A DNA stretch of 62,183 bases, filler included, from Choristocarpus tenellus KU-1152 (lineage: Eukaryota > Protista > Phaeophyceae), in NCBI GenBank assembly GCA_964200185.2. It is 11 parts of 11 records of this genome, joined end to end, with 100 filler letters (N's around TTAATTAATTAA, not from the genome) between each part and the next. Parts side by side here need not be neighbours in the genome. Positions count along the whole stretch, not along the records: positions 35,519 to 38,321 come from CAXNAD020024612.1; positions 38,422 to 41,081 come from CAXNAD020025873.1; positions 41,182 to 49,771 come from CAXNAD020004556.1; 8 more parts are not named here. One strand, 5' to 3'. Positions within the stretch are counted from its first letter, which is position 1; every line of letters starts with the position of its first letter. The notes beneath the pieces were generated by a model. The model ran no database searches, had not been told where the DNA came from, and saw only the letters and a list, made by a program, of their open reading frames with translations. Shown here one piece after another: positions 35,419-49,664 of this stretch. Made by a program: the position numbers and the translations under genes.

Positions 35419-37587
35419 NNNNNNNNNNNNNNNNNNNNNNNNNNNNNNNNNNNNNNNNNNNNTTAATTAATTAANNNNNNNNNNNNNNNNNNNNNNNNNN
35501 NNNNNNNNNNNNNNNNNNGGCATGAGAGTGGGTTTTTGGTCTTCGTTTTGTCCGTTTTTTTTTTTTATTGAATACGTTTTTTTTTTTAGGTTGAGGGTTA
35601 TGGTAGGGTTGTGATCTCCATGACCTCCATGACAGTACATATTCTGCATATCCCCCATCTTGTGTACACAAGTAGGACTTGAGTGCCTATGAAATACCCT
35701 CTGAATGACCTCTTAGAAAGACCCGCATAACATCTGGTGAACCACCAAGTGTTGTAGGTATGATGTATCTTTATGTAGATCATGCTATTTGCCTTGAAGC
35801 ATGCAATATTTGTTTAGACGTTGAGGTTTTTATCTCATAAATTTGTCTCTGTCCACCAATGTACTTGCCCAATGACACAGTTGAGTCTTTTTGAGGTTGG
35901 TAAGGTAGGTGTGACTTTCAGTGCCTTATGCACTCCAACACAATAGAAATTTGGTGAACCAATACGTGATAGTTTTTTCTCTGTGATGATACCATTGCGT
36001 TGCAATTGGCTGGAAGAGTAACAATAAAAAAGCGATGTCTGGGTAGGACGCTCTAATTACTTCACAAGTGACAGGTTTGATTGGTTTAAGGAACTATAAC
36101 AGCCTCGCGCGCTTTGGATGAACTCTGACATACTGACCTTTGATATGTGTGATTGTCAATCTTCTCCCTGTCTGTGATCACACTGCATTGACCACTTTGC
36201 TGACTGGTCCCTGGCTGATGTAACAACTTATTTCCATGCACCAATTGGGGTGTTGCATGTGTCACCTGACTCAACTCTTCTCCGAATGTCAGAACTCTGC
36301 TCCTAATGAGTCATTGAATGGGCATGCCAACCAGCCCCATCATGCGCCAACTCAGTTTGACACGTCAGATCCACCACATGAATACTATCCGATGGTACCT
36401 CCTTAATGCACCTGGAGCGCTTCTCACTTGTTGGATAAGGACCACACCATCTGGAGTAAGTGTGCAAGAATGTGGAGATGTGGGTGGGTTGACTGCACCC
36501 CACATGCAACTCCTGAGGTTACTTGGAGCAGGAGTTGCTGATTCAATTTTTTTTTCCCAAGGTTGCTCAGTTGGATGTTGAAAATCGGTTTTTATGTTTC
36601 CCTATACTTTGGCGCAATTGCGCAATTTAGCTTTGTATGCTCTACGTAGGTGTTGACGAGGAGATAGTTTAGGCTGGTTGTGGCTTGTTGCAACCCACCT
36701 GGTTGTTTGAATGTAGTTGAAAGTACTGTGAAGACAACAGGTTTCTGCCCTGTGTCAGGCTATTGTTTGCTCGGGTGTAACAGTTGCAGCCCTCACCTGC
36801 AATGATTGAGTGATGTCAAGATTGAGGATGCAGGAAAGGGGTCTGGTGCTGACTAACATACCCCATTGGTTAGATGTTGATTTTATGACATACCGTGGTT
36901 GGCTCATTCATCTTCACGCCATCAATTTGGACAGTCAAAGCTCGATCTGCATGGTAGGTGTTGTACAAGGGACATGACTTGTTCAAGTGAGGTTCGGTGT
37001 TCATATTGTCCCTCTTAGTATCATGTTGCCTATCCCTCAGTGTTTGCATTACCTCAACTGTGATAGTCAAGAAGTAGTGAAGATGGCCTTGCGTATGCAA
37101 CTTGCTGCATGGGGCTTTTGTGGGGGGTTTGTGTGACTTTTTTTTGTAGCAGTCGAGTTTTTTTAAGCCATTAGTTGCTCCAAGACTCAGGAGTGCACCT
37201 ACAGAACTCATTTTTTTCAGATTTAAAAAAAAATGAAGACAGCATTATTGTTGCTGTCTGTTGCGTTTTGTGTACTTTGCCCCCCCTGCAATCGACTACT
37301 CCTTGCATAGACACTGTACACACTTGGGCAGTCACATCACATGTCATATATACCCGTCGTGTGTGGAGATGTTTGATTTGCTTGACGACTGTTATTATAG
37401 AGCTCAGGTGAACAAGGCAGCTACCTGGGCAGACCCCCCACATAGGCTAAGTGCTCGTGTTGTACAGGAATATGCAGTAGTTCCAGCTGGTCACATTGTA
37501 CACCATACATTTAAGTTTTTATTTTCCTCTTCACTCACAAATTTTCAAGTCTCAAGTGCGACCACCTTCCAGCCCAGTTCTTCTGAC

Positions 37588-37623
<36 letters not shown>

Positions 37624-38980
37624 GTTCTACATAAATGGAGATTGGGGTGTGGTCTTCATCATATATCATGTATGCTGTGTGTGTACAAATGCATCTGTGG
37701 AAAAACAAAAGTATCTAAGCTTTGCTGTATGTGGCGTACTCCTTCAGAGCTCATTGAAAGGGGAGCATTGCCTCTTCTTAATGTTGATCAATATTGTTAC
37801 ACAAACAAGAGAATTTTCAAGACTTTTTTTTTTCACTTGAAAGGAAGTGGATCGATGAGACTCAGCTCGGAAACATTGAGTTGATGCAGTCTGGATGCAT
37901 TGAATATTGTTGTGATTATTTTCTTCTGCTTTGCATTTTTTTTTCTGTTGGTGCATACTTGCCGTTGTTACTCTACATTATGTTGGCACTTGATTTGGTC
38001 AACCCCTACAGATGAACCCATTATTTGGTATGTGGAAAAAAAATCGGTGGGGTGATTGGGATCGCTCATTTTCTATCCTGTTTCTGTCAATATCTTTTAC
38101 CACATGTGAACGATATATCAGGCTCATGCATACAATTCTGACGATCGATTTGGGTGAGTTAGATGGACCTCCTGTCACTCCTCCTACTACAGTTGGTAGG
38201 GACTTCTCTCAAGAACTAATTGTATTGAACATGTTGCATCTGGAAGTCGTTTGGGTCAAAGGTTCTGGGGGGGGGGGTGACGGCGGTATGTGTGTGCAAA
38301 ATAGGACAATAGTGAGGTGTANNNNNNNNNNNNNNNNNNNNNNNNNNNNNNNNNNNNNNNNNNNNTTAATTAATTAANNNNNNNNNNNNNNNNNNNNNNN
38401 NNNNNNNNNNNNNNNNNNNNNCCCCCACGCCCTGGCTGGTGAGGGGCCCTTGCCCGATGCAATTTTTCGGAGGCGTGTGCACACACGGATGACGCACGGG
38501 ATAAACTGAATATATAGATACATAGATTTTCTTAATATCGCGTAATCAGGTTTTTAAAAATTGTCATCAATTGGACGTAGCCGGTTTTACAAATCCTGTG
38601 AAGGTGAAGGTGATAGATACCCTTTCGAACAAAAAGAAAATCGGTGAGAGTGATTGGACCGGACCGCTATGAGAAACTCAACAACAGATCAAAGATTTCA
38701 TTAAAAGCAAAAAAACAAACAAACAAGGCACGAAATGGAATCAATATCAAGGACAGAACATATGACATGACCCGACATGAAATGATGGGATACCGAGAGT
38801 GTAGTCAACATTTTACGCACAGAAGGCTCCCCCTCCTTCACTCCCACGCAGGGGGGGGGGGGGTAACAAATCAAATCAAGTCGTCCCTGTTGACGCCTCA
38901 GAATTTGACATAAGATCCTTCCAGCAAGTTGTGTGTGCGCGCCATTACTATCATCACAAAAAAAGGAGACATGAAATAAC

Positions 38981-39130
38981 CTTGAGAACGCTTTCCAGTT
39001 TCCGCCAGCGTGCCTGTCCCTGAGCCTTTCGCGGGTGAGGGAGCCGTTCTTGTACACCAGCATAACAAACCATGAACGTGGATTGCAGGGGTGGTACATG
39101 GTATTTCCTTCCAGGCAAGCAAATAGTGTC

Positions 39131-39183
<53 letters not shown>

Positions 39184-39721
39184 TCAGGGGGGGGGGTGAG
39201 GGTTGGTGGCAATTATTTGTATTAGTAGTTAGCATGAGATTTCTGCTCAAGGCACCAACAATCATTTGATGAAATGCAAATCATTTTGAAGTAAATGGAC
39301 AGTCACATTTCTGTTTTCTCATTTTTTCACATCTGGTAATATAGAATGAGTACCTTAATCCGTACCTTAATCTGTCCCTCAACTGACTGCACCATTCCAC
39401 AATTAGTTGAAAGAAGCCCATGCAAAAATATTCTGAAATTTACGGCTAGAAACAAAAAAATGCGTCTCATTGACCAACACCCCTCTCTCTATCTCACTCA
39501 CCGATGGTGGCAGGGTTGGGCTGGGTAGTCACTCCCAGTAGAGTATCCGAAGTGCCCAGGCTCACCATCACTGTTCCACTCTGGGAGTCAGTTACACCCA
39601 TGCCTGCCAGGGAGTTGCAGTTGTCGCCGCTACCTGCCACAACCGGGCAATCTCTCCTGAAGCCAAACCTGACAAAGTTGGCCACACCAGTGGGTGTATG
39701 GATGCATGGGGAAAAGAAGGG

Positions 39722-39756
<35 letters not shown>

Positions 39757-40642
39757 GGTGGTGCTATTACTGTGTTAGTGGTAAGGTATTTCATAGTTTG
39801 AGTTTCATAGTTTGAGGTTTCAGCAAATGATGCTACATGCTTTATTATTATTTTTTAGGATCGCGACGATAACGATCAAGTAGAAGCATGTTGTAATAGT
39901 TGTACCAGGCACAAGCACAAGAAAATGCACCTCCAGTGGTACGTCAAGCTAAAATACCGCGGTCTTATTAAAAAAAAAACTATTTCAACCTTGTCCCCCC
40001 TCCTCAATCCTAAAACAGACAAGCTATATACTAACTAGTTAAATGCAATGTAGAGTTAACGTGGAAGTGCCAATGAATGCCCTGATACAAAATACCTCTA
40101 CATCAACAAGAGTAAGAACATGAGTACTAAAAATGCCAAGTTTTTCGTTTTAGATAAAACAGTGTAGGAGGGGGGGGAGGGGGGGAAAGGGATTTCAAAA
40201 CAGTTACAACTACTGCAGATTTCATCTTCCTTTTTGAAGCTTCAATTTTGAGACAAGACTGCACAATATAGCCAGCTCCGACGCACATACTCTTTAAAAT
40301 ATACTCGGATAGGTGAGCAGAATGCCTCGCACTCCTGGGAATTCCACACAGATTACCTAAGCCACGCATGGATCCATGCATAGAGAGAAGGGAAGGGTGG
40401 GAGGGGAGGTGAAAGTTCTTTCTTGAAGTAAGGGCCATACTAAAAGGCCACTGGAAAATGACCACCTGCCTGATTATCCCTGCCCTCACAACAAGCAACA
40501 TTAAGCAACTCACCTCTCACACAGGTAGTCATTGATCTCCCCAACGCTAACATGGGAGTCCACAATCCCCTCATCACCCCCCAGTCTCTCCAAGAGGCCA
40601 GGTGCCGTGGCCTCTAGGGCCTCTCTCACCCACCTCTTTTCC
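38981..40642 (-). CDS. XYLB: Xylulose kinase (FGGY family), three internal exons
   Basis: Exons 40514-40642, 39502-39668, 38981-39107 splice in phase: ...ALEATAPGLLERLG...YLCERFGFRRDCPVVAGSGDNCNSLAGMG...VSLGTSDTLLG...MLVYKNGSLTRERLRD. GDN, SLGTSDT and YKNGSLTRE are typical of eukaryotic xylulokinases. Confidence 0.9.
39133..39180. repeat. (GT)n microsatellite just upstream of a XYLB acceptor site
   Basis: About 24 units. Confidence 0.95.
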
Positions 40643-40970
40643 CTGTGTGTGTTGAATACCACAATTAATAACTGAGATAAGAAGTTGAATACCACATTTT
40701 AATTTTAACTTTCACGTAGTGAAGAGAGACAGTCCTCACAGTCCTCACAGTCCTCACAATCATCACCACATTATACCACATTATACCATGCAGCCATTTC
40801 GTGTGCAGAGATAGGGACTTGCATAGACGGATGGATGTGGAGCAGCAGCTACAGGCAGTTACAAAGGGGGCTGGAGGAGGAGTGTACGGCAACATGCTTC
40901 AGGATACCATGGTGGGCAGAAGCCTTCAAACCGGTCCCCATATCAATGAATCTGACTCTCGGTGGTTGTG

Positions 40971-40974
<4 letters not shown>

Positions 40975-41039
<65 letters not shown>
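40975..41039. repeat. Poly-C tract of about 65 nt
   Basis: Homopolymer near contig end; length may be unreliable. Confidence 0.85.
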
Positions 41040-43825
41040 TTTCTTTCTTGTTCTTCTTTACTCACTACACCCAAATATACANNNNNNNNNNNNNNNNNNN
41101 NNNNNNNNNNNNNNNNNNNNNNNNNTTAATTAATTAANNNNNNNNNNNNNNNNNNNNNNNNNNNNNNNNNNNNNNNNNNNNCCCCCCATTTCCACTATAA
41201 CTTACGAGTAAAATGAACAGTTGGTATGGTACCCCCACAAGACTGGTGCATGAGGACATTTGATCTAACCCTCACAGCCATTCTACACAGCAAAGGTTAT
41301 GATTTCATTACCACATGTTTATCGAAATCTAAATTAAATGAACGGCAAAAGAAGGGGGAAAAACCTTACTCAACAAGGATAATGGTTCGTTGTATGCACT
41401 TTGTGCTCCCTTGCTGTGTCTCCAACGTCTCCCACTGTCGGAGGCGAACACACTGTAACTGTGCCTTTGTTCAGAAAATATCAATCAAATCACAAAGGAG
41501 TAGGATAATCCATGGATCCCCTGTTGAAATATGAATGAGGAAAAGATTGTTTACATAATAAGGATCCTATTCATGTTTGAGTGAGAATATTCACGATCAA
41601 TAAAGAACATATTTATAGTAATGATACACACCCATATTTTGGTTCTCTTTATTGGAGTACTATGCAGCAGTCAGCCAACTTTCCTCACCCTGACACCACA
41701 CAACAAGAAATCGAACAAAGTGAGCCAAGCATTGGATGCATGCGTGGGGGATGGACAATTTTTTTTCAAGCAACACTGTCAATCCAAAACAGGTTGAATT
41801 CACAGCTACCCAATATCAAACACAACTGTTAAATATCCCTCCTCTCCCCAACTGTAATTTGTCATTACCAAAGACAATCCAGCTGCAACACAGTACAGCA
41901 AAATCACCAAAGCTTCCAAGTACTAACGACTCTAACAACAGGCTTGAAACAGAAATAAATCAGGTAGATTCACGTACCCTTGTTGCCCACCATGGACATA
42001 AGGACTCCTGATGGATATAATGACCCATCCACTGAAGACTGCCTTGTCTGTGCACTTGGCGTCTGGGCATACAAATCCCCTTCTCGTTGCTGCACCCCCC
42101 CAATGCCCCCAACGCCACCTCCATTGCCCCCACCCACCCCCACTCCTGGTCCACCTCCACCTCCGAGGCCTTGTCCTTGCCCCTGCCCCTGCCCCCCCCC
42201 TGGCATTCCCAGGCCCCCTGTCGTTCCTCGAAGAGTGCTGAAGGCTGTTGGCTATACCAGGAAGAAGCAACACAAAAGGCAGTCATGAAGGAAACGAAAG
42301 AAACTCCACCATGAGAACGGTAATGTATCCATGTCATACAACACATAGCAATATCGACCATCACGTACTGGAGTGGAAAGTCCCCAAAGACAGCATAGCA
42401 CACAAAAAATTTACAGATGAAATCGGCTACAAACCTTAAAACATATCAAACAAGTACAATATATCTTTGGACGAACTCGATTGGGTAATAACGGTATGGT
42501 AAAAGGTCCTACCCCTGTCGTGGATTGAATCAAATCACAAGCACGACGAGGGAGCTGCACTTTGAAGGTTAAAATGTACCAATGAGCACATAAAACAGAT
42601 GTGGATTTGTTCATAGGATGGCTTAAGTAGCCCTGTATTCACATAACCGATGAACAAAACCTGAAAAAAAGTCTCACAAGTAATACACGGCATTTCGAAG
42701 CCCAACGATGGGTTTCGAGGCGGAATAACCAGCCCAGTCGAACATGTTGCCAACAGAACATCAGAAGCTATAAAATGGAGAAAACCACATATACAGGACC
42801 AGAGGATGAAGAAAATACCCAGGTCTTCGTGTGAGTCCAAAAAGGATTAGGCCGCCTTGAAACTCCTTTTCTCCCTACTCACACTCATCGTTGCGCATTG
42901 AATGCATCGCTGATTGTCACAACTGGGGGCACAGGCGTTTCCTCCCTCTCCTTACCATCTGATTTCCTTGCAGAAGGCCCATACCGGCCCTCCCACCCAT
43001 TCCGTGTACTCCGAAACCCCCTCCAAAGCCCCCAGCCCCACCGTAACCTGAAGCATCATTCATTGGCAGTCCCTAATGAAGATCGTGAGAGAAGAAACGT
43101 ACTGCACGGTTTTTACTCAGGGCGTATAGATCGGATGACATCTCCAATCAACAGGAGGCATTTTTTGGAAATGTAACATCATAGTTGGGGGACAACGAAC
43201 GACTCTAATCCCATACATATTGAACAGCCTGTTTGCCTGGGGTAGCCGTCTCTCGGGCGGACAAACAGGGACAAAGCATAATCCTATGAGAAAACAGCAG
43301 CATACGAAGGGAGCATGGAGTAAGGTGAATGAGGGATACTGATTCGCGAGATCCCTTGGAGTTGTGTTCAGTCGCATCCCTTCCCTCTCACGATACAGGG
43401 TTGATAGGAGATGTCTCACCACTAAAAATCCACCTACAACAGCAAATATTCTTATAGTTACGTGCGATCCACCCAGCTCCCCCGCAAGACCTCCTCCACC
43501 CCTCCGGGGCTCTAGCAACTTGTTAAGCACATGTGACCAACTACAAGGGGACCTCCAAGTAAAAACATTTTTTTTTCTTATTTCCGTTATCACGCCTTCC
43601 AAGACAGCGATGTCCCTTCCTCTTCACCTGTCCACCCTCCCTTACGCCTTTCGTTGTGTCGCCACCTTGGGCACCGATATTGGTGTCGCACACAGCGAGC
43701 ATATTATCAACTAATTTTTCAAATCTCGCCAGTGTCTATTCTGAACGGCGAATTGCTTGATCTGGAGCCTTCCCTCCTACCAGCCTTGTATCACTTCTCT
43801 ACTGTCAATATCACATCGACGAACC

Positions 43826-45763
43826 ATGGTGAGTGAATGCTTGTGCAAAAGGTGGATTTTGGTGTTTTTCATTATTGCTGAGAAGGGAGTTAGACACGCC
43901 TTAAAGATGATTGTGCTAGTCGTATGCACACGGTATCTCGGGTTGATTAAAGCTCGTATGCCAGGGTAGCTAGCACTTTGGGATCTTTATCCAATGAGTG
44001 CAAGGCGAGGAACGTTTGACTTTCCTATGAGGCTCATGCTATACTCGAATAGAAAAATATCTCTATCGTGTGAGTGCACACGCTCACCCCTTGACCTGAT
44101 CTCATGCTACCAATGATACACTCCCCTAGTCGATGTCACGCAGCAGCAAGATGCTGCAATATGTGAACTACCGGATGCGGGTGACCATTCTGGATAGCCG
44201 CGTGCTCGTGGGAACGCTGATGGCGTTTGATCGCCACATGAACCTGGTAAGTTGCGCTTCTGCTCTTTCGCGAAAATGAGTGTGTGTTGCCTCATTGTCG
44301 TTCCACATGTGGTACAATACATTCTCCAACAGGGCAGTCATCTTCCCCACCAGCCAAATAGCTTTTGAAAGCATGTTCTATTTTAAATGAAGTTTGAGAA
44401 CTCCAATACAGGGTTCATTGTTCCGAATCGCGTATCTTTTGCCACCACTGTACCACCTTGCACTGCCCCTGTGCGGCGTGGCGCTTGGATCCTTTGCTGT
44501 GAAGTTTATTGCATACGCCATAAATGTCTTCAGATACTTATTCTATTAATTTCTTCATAAGAACTAATCAAAATCGGTATGGTTGTGCCTTTGTCGAGCG
44601 TCTTCATCCTCGACCCCACTACGAAACTCCTATCGGTCACTGTCCCACCCTAGCTTTCTTCCAACACCTTTCCGTATATTCCCTGCAACTGTCATACTCC
44701 CTTCCACCTCCATCTTCCCCCCTGTCAAAAGGTCCTGGGTGATTGCGAGGAATATCGCAGATTCAAGCCTAAGAAGGGCCAGCAAAAAGCAGGGGTGCAC
44801 GAAGAGAGGGAAGAGAAGCGAGTGCTTGGCCTGGTGCTGCTAAGGGGAGAGAATGTGCTCTCCCTCACAGTTGAGGGCCCTCCTCCAGCAGAAGACAAGG
44901 GCAAGGCCACCCCTGGTGGTCCCGGGGCAGGCAGGGCCGCAGGACGTGGCGTCCCGGCCGCTCCTGTTACTGGAGCTGCCAGAGGGCTGGCTGGGCCAGT
45001 ACGAGGCATCGGTGGGCCGGTGGCATCCATGATGCAGCCTCAAGCCGGTGGGTTTTGTGTGGTTCATGAAGTGGTTTGTGTTAAAATTTGGGGTTAGTGC
45101 AGTCTTCATCAAGGAAATTTCTTTCTGACATGCACATGCACCCACAGGTCGAATCAGCAGCAGTGTATGAAGATTTTTGTATTGCATATAGCTCAAGCAA
45201 TTAGAACTCCAACCATGTGAACACCTTTCTCAAAGTAGTTCTACTTTCTAGGTCTTATTTCTATTTTTTGTGCATCACCTTAAACATTATTAATTTTTGT
45301 TGCCCTGAGAGTGGAGTTACTGTTTTCCTTGTGCAACTCTTACTGTAGTATTTTGTTAAATATATATTTTTTCCGTACTTGACAAATGCATATATTTCAC
45401 TACTTCGTCGCTTCAATTCTTCTCACCCCATTGCCCCCCCTCCAACCTGTTCATATTTCCTATTTTGCAGTGGCAGCATCTGCACAGGCCCAGGCCTACG
45501 GCCGTGGGGGACCTTTGGCAGGTCGGGGTCCTCCTGGGATGCCTCCAGGGGGGAGAGGGATGCCACCTATGGGCTACGGGCCTCCCCCTGGTGCCATGGG
45601 CATGCCTCGTGGGCCAATGGGCTACCCCCCCCAAGGGATGCCAGGCATGCCTCCTCAGGGAATGGGTAGGGGTGTACCCCCACCAGGGGGTAATGGCCCT
45701 CCCCCAATGGGTTTCCAACCCCGGCCTGGTATGCCAAGTATGCCGCCACCACGATCTGGTTAG
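43826..45763 (+). CDS. SNRPB: Small nuclear ribonucleoprotein SmB/B' (complete, 242 aa)
   Basis: Exons 43826-43828 (ATG only), 44130-44246, 44732-45047, 45471-45763. Product: [50 protein letters not shown]...[26 protein letters not shown], then GRAAGRG and a PPGM-rich tail. Confidence 0.96.
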
Positions 45764-48700
45764 TGGAGAATAGTGCTTGATTGGAGGTGGAGGGAGGGGG
45801 TGACATCTAAGGTTTTGTAGTTGTGGGGAAGGATAGAAGTATGGCGGTGTGCTGGGTCTGCTGTACTATTTGTCATGGTGGGCAATCTTAGCATTGTCAG
45901 GTGGGATTAGTGAGGATATTTGAGTTACTATTGATTCTCTTTGTCTTCAAACAGTTGAGGCTGGGTGGTGCATTGTTTCAGAAGGAGGGAAGGAAGACTA
46001 TGCATTTGCTGTATCCCTGGGCGAAGGGGGCCAGGGAATTGCGGTTGGAGGGGGAGGGTGATGTTTGGGTGGGTAAAGTTTGGAGGGGGAGGAAGTGTAT
46101 GACGCTGAAGTGTACACAAAGGGCTTTTCATTTCAAGTCAAGTTCACCTCCCAATTAGGGCATGCTGGGGGGAGGATGGGGGTGGAGATTATGGAGGGGA
46201 GCTTTGTGTAGTATGGAGTTGGGGAGCACTTTGGACGTGTTCAGAGGTGGTAGGTAGAGGGCCGGGCCACAGGGGTCAAGTTGAACAGTTGGCCTTGAAA
46301 TTAATATTTGACATTCAAACCCTTTGCATTTGGGTTGGTGCTCTGTGCAGCAGGTGTCGACTGCGCTCATTCACCACAAGAAGGGTGTTTTGGAAATACA
46401 GTGATAACAACGTAATCAGAGATCCGTGTTTCCGATCTCTGTGGGCTCCAAACGAGTTTTTTTTAGACCTTTGGGTGGCACTACCTTTCTAGTCCAGTCA
46501 TAGGAATGGACTCTCCTTTGCTACTGCACTGCATTGTTTTGTAAAATTGTTAATCATTGAAATAGTACTTTCACTGGCTTGAGTCGTGTCAAGATTTAGA
46601 GGGCAGGGATGGTGTGGAGGGACAATGCACCCTCTTGACTTGTGATGGGGTCATGCTGGCATTTGAGTGATTTAAATTATTTTTTGCCGTCATCTCCTCA
46701 CTCCTTGACCTTTTTTTTTATTATTAGTCCTACTGATGTTGAAACATACTACTAGTATTACCAAAGTTTGTTCCTAAAAAAATACCAAAGACATCAATTA
46801 TTCTTACGATGAATGTCGGCATGTCTCCAGCTTGTATCAGTATATTGCATGGGGAAGTGATCTGATCTTGGTGTTATGAGTGCTTAGATCCAGAGTTGCA
46901 GTGTAATGTTGCACAACTTGAACAGAGTATCACTCAAGAGGACTGGTAACTTAGGAAAAACATTTCAAAGTCCAAAACCCAGCTTTTGGAAGGGTATGCA
47001 TTGTATGTATACACATCCTATATTGAGTAGTCAGCAATCACATGTCCTAGAGGGGATTAGGTTTTAGCCAAGTTAGAATTGTTAAGGGCTTCAACCTAAT
47101 GCCTGACCCCTGGGCAGAAAGGCATTACAAGAAGAGATTATATAGTGTAATGATACTACTTGAGGACTGGAGTGTTGATAATATGCAGAGATTCAAAATG
47201 CTGCAAACGTCCAGAAAAATGTAAGAACTGAGAGTCAGTATAATAATTTAAAGTTTTTTTGGAGGAGGACTGACCACTGTTACCTTTTCCTTTCTCTTAC
47301 TATATTATGCTCGCTTTTCTCGGATTTCCTTTTTTTTATTATGTACTTCGTGTTTGTGTATTTTGTATGAATCAACCTTGCTCATTTACTTCTCCTTTCT
47401 TACTCCATTATATATATATTATATATATAGAGAGAGAGAGAATATGTGCATAATCCATATTTTGTTTGCATAATTAATTGTAACATGCGTTGAACTGGTC
47501 TAATGTTTGCGAATAATCCACGATCACTATAGGCGAAAACTTGTCAACCCCTTGTCAACGTAAATCGAAGACAGATTTCATTGCGTTGTTCCAATAATTT
47601 TAAATTTTGATTATGATGATGACCTTTGATTGATGGTCCTACATAATAAGATTTTTATATTTTTGGTCAGGAACTTACCCATGTACCTATTGTGGTAGTC
47701 CACTCACATTCAATTATGGGGATGCCAAATTACGGAGATGCCAAGGTTCGAACCCTGGTCAAGACATGATTTTCATCACAAGAAATTTGACTTTTATGGA
47801 CCACGTGACAAGTGTATTGGAGAGGTACACCAGCTTCGCCTGTACCTTACTCTCTCGTGCTAAATCGCAAAAAGGGACGCGGAAGATCTGAATCGTGATG
47901 GCGAAGATTCGTCAGGGGTAGAGGGAGTACGACCAAATTCGAGGGAGGAGGTTGTTGGACCCAACAGAGGAGAAAAAAACAATGCACTTATGAGGCAGTG
48001 CAATTTTGTGTAGTGAAAATGATGGTCAGTAGTTAGTATCACAAGAAGTGCAGTGCACAGTGGCTCTAACGATGGGTTTGGATAGTCCCCAGACTAAAGT
48101 TACTCTCTATAATGATCAACAATAATGGTTAAGATCTGATGCGTAAAAAAGGATGTAAGTTTTGAATCCCTCCACGTCACTTCTGTTTGCACAAAATCTG
48201 GGGGATAAGGTGCTCGGCTACAAGGTTACCCTACCTGCAGACAGAGTAGTTAGATCTTTGCCCTTGCTTCTATATTGTCCAAGATTTACAGCTTGGGCAC
48301 AAGCCTGTCTGCGAGATCTGCTTACACAAAATCTGTAGGTACACTCCATACTACTTGTGTACTGCATTGCTTCCTCGAAATATCAGTATTTTTGTTAGAA
48401 GATGTGAGCTTAATATACTACCCCTAATAATGTTATTTAAAAATGATATATTGCAAATCTTGCGTCCTCCACCAAATAATATTGCACTGTCATTTTTTGG
48501 GGGTGTGATACACGATGTGATACACATGTTTAATGACATTGTTGTAAGTTGTACAGACTCTGCTGTTGTTATTGTGTTTGTTGCATTCTCTGCATTGTAC
48601 TAATGTTGCTTCTTTGTTTCCCCCATGCTAACATCTAGTAGTGGTCACATGAAAATCCATCATCCATCCATTCGTGACATTTGCAGTTGATATGTCTAAT

Positions 48701-49288
48701 GTGTGGATTTTTGTATGTTGCTACAAATGTCTTTAGGTCCCTACAATCAAGAGCAGCTTTCGTTTTTTGAATTGTGCAAAATCGGATACAGATCTGCTGT
48801 AAGGGATCTTTTGACCCTAGTAGTTTTATCTTCAACATTTTCTTCAAGATGGAAAGTTTCAGTCGCCTTGGCACACCGGCGGAAAAACAATATCTGGATG
48901 AGGTGGTGACCCATGTTGTGAGTGGTAGAGGAGCAGAGGGTTCCAGTAGAAAGGGAGCAGTGAAGAAACGTCAGAGTAAGAATGTGTGAGTTAATGCTCA
49001 ACTAGCTATCTCCAGACGTGTTACTATGTGATTTGAACTTGAGAATCCAGGTTGATGGGGTAGGAGAGGCATGATGACTGATTCATGGGATGTTTCCCTT
49101 ACTTAATGTTCGTGTCCATAGTGTCTGTCTAAGGGTCTTGTTTCTCCTACATGATAATCTCTGCAACAAGTCTGCCTACTATGTCGGCATAATATACAAG
49201 TCAGCCTTGTATACTACTTGCACATCTGTTTTTTCTTCTTCAAATAAAATATACAATTAAACCGAGCAGTTTTAAGCATACAAGATAG

Positions 49289-49356
49289 TCTCGGGGAAGT
49301 GGTTATCCCCCCAGTCTTTGAAACTGGTATTCCGAATTCGAGTCTCGGCATGAGAA
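49289..49356 (+). pseudogene. tRNA-Gln(TTG) pseudogene copy
   Basis: Same sequence as 49593-49664 but lacking 4 nt in the 5' acceptor strand and with an altered T stem. Confidence 0.75.
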
Positions 49357-49478
49357 TATTTTTTCAGATTCTTCTTCTCAGGATTGTTCCTCTCCTTTGT
49401 TTCGCCTTATTTACCCCTTCCATGAAGTTGACATGAGAGGGCTGACACCATGCTGTACGTATCAGGTGAATGTAGCAG

Positions 49479-49527
49479 TCTCGTGTGGGGAAACGGTTAT
49501 CCCTCCAGTCTTTGAAACTGGTATTCC
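49479..49527 (+). pseudogene. 3'-truncated tRNA-Gln(TTG) copy
   Basis: Matches the tRNA through the anticodon arm, then jumps to downstream spacer sequence, so the T arm and 3' acceptor strand are deleted. Confidence 0.75.
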
Positions 49528-49592
49528 TTTACCCTATACACTTGACATGTGAGGATCCAAGTCGTGCTGTATGTATCAGGTGAATGTAACAG

Positions 49593-49664
49593 TCTCGTGT
49601 GGGGAAATGGTTATCCCCCCAGTCTTTGAAACTGGTATTCTGAGTTCGAGTCTCGGCATGAGAA
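49593..49664 (+). tRNA. trnQ-UUG: tRNA-Gln (anticodon TTG)
   Basis: 72-nt cloverleaf: acceptor TCTCGTG/CATGAGA, D stem GGGA/TCCC, anticodon stem CCAGT/ACTGG with loop CT-TTG-AA, T stem CTGAG/CTCGG with loop TTCGAGT, discriminator A. A T6 Pol III terminator follows 2 nt later. Confidence 0.85.

Noticed and set aside
35900-38320. Possible small exons, such as WCGPYPTSEKRSRCIKE on the minus strand
   Set aside because: Could not build a phase-consistent model or recognise a product.
41932-42439. Pro-rich or Gly-rich ORFs as a gene
   Set aside because: Overlapping ORFs in several frames come from a C-rich low-complexity patch; no consistent splice model or domain was found.
47740-47765. tRNA or SINE suggested by GGTTCGAACCC
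   Set aside because: Only a T-arm-like hairpin; no cloverleaf or clear A box.
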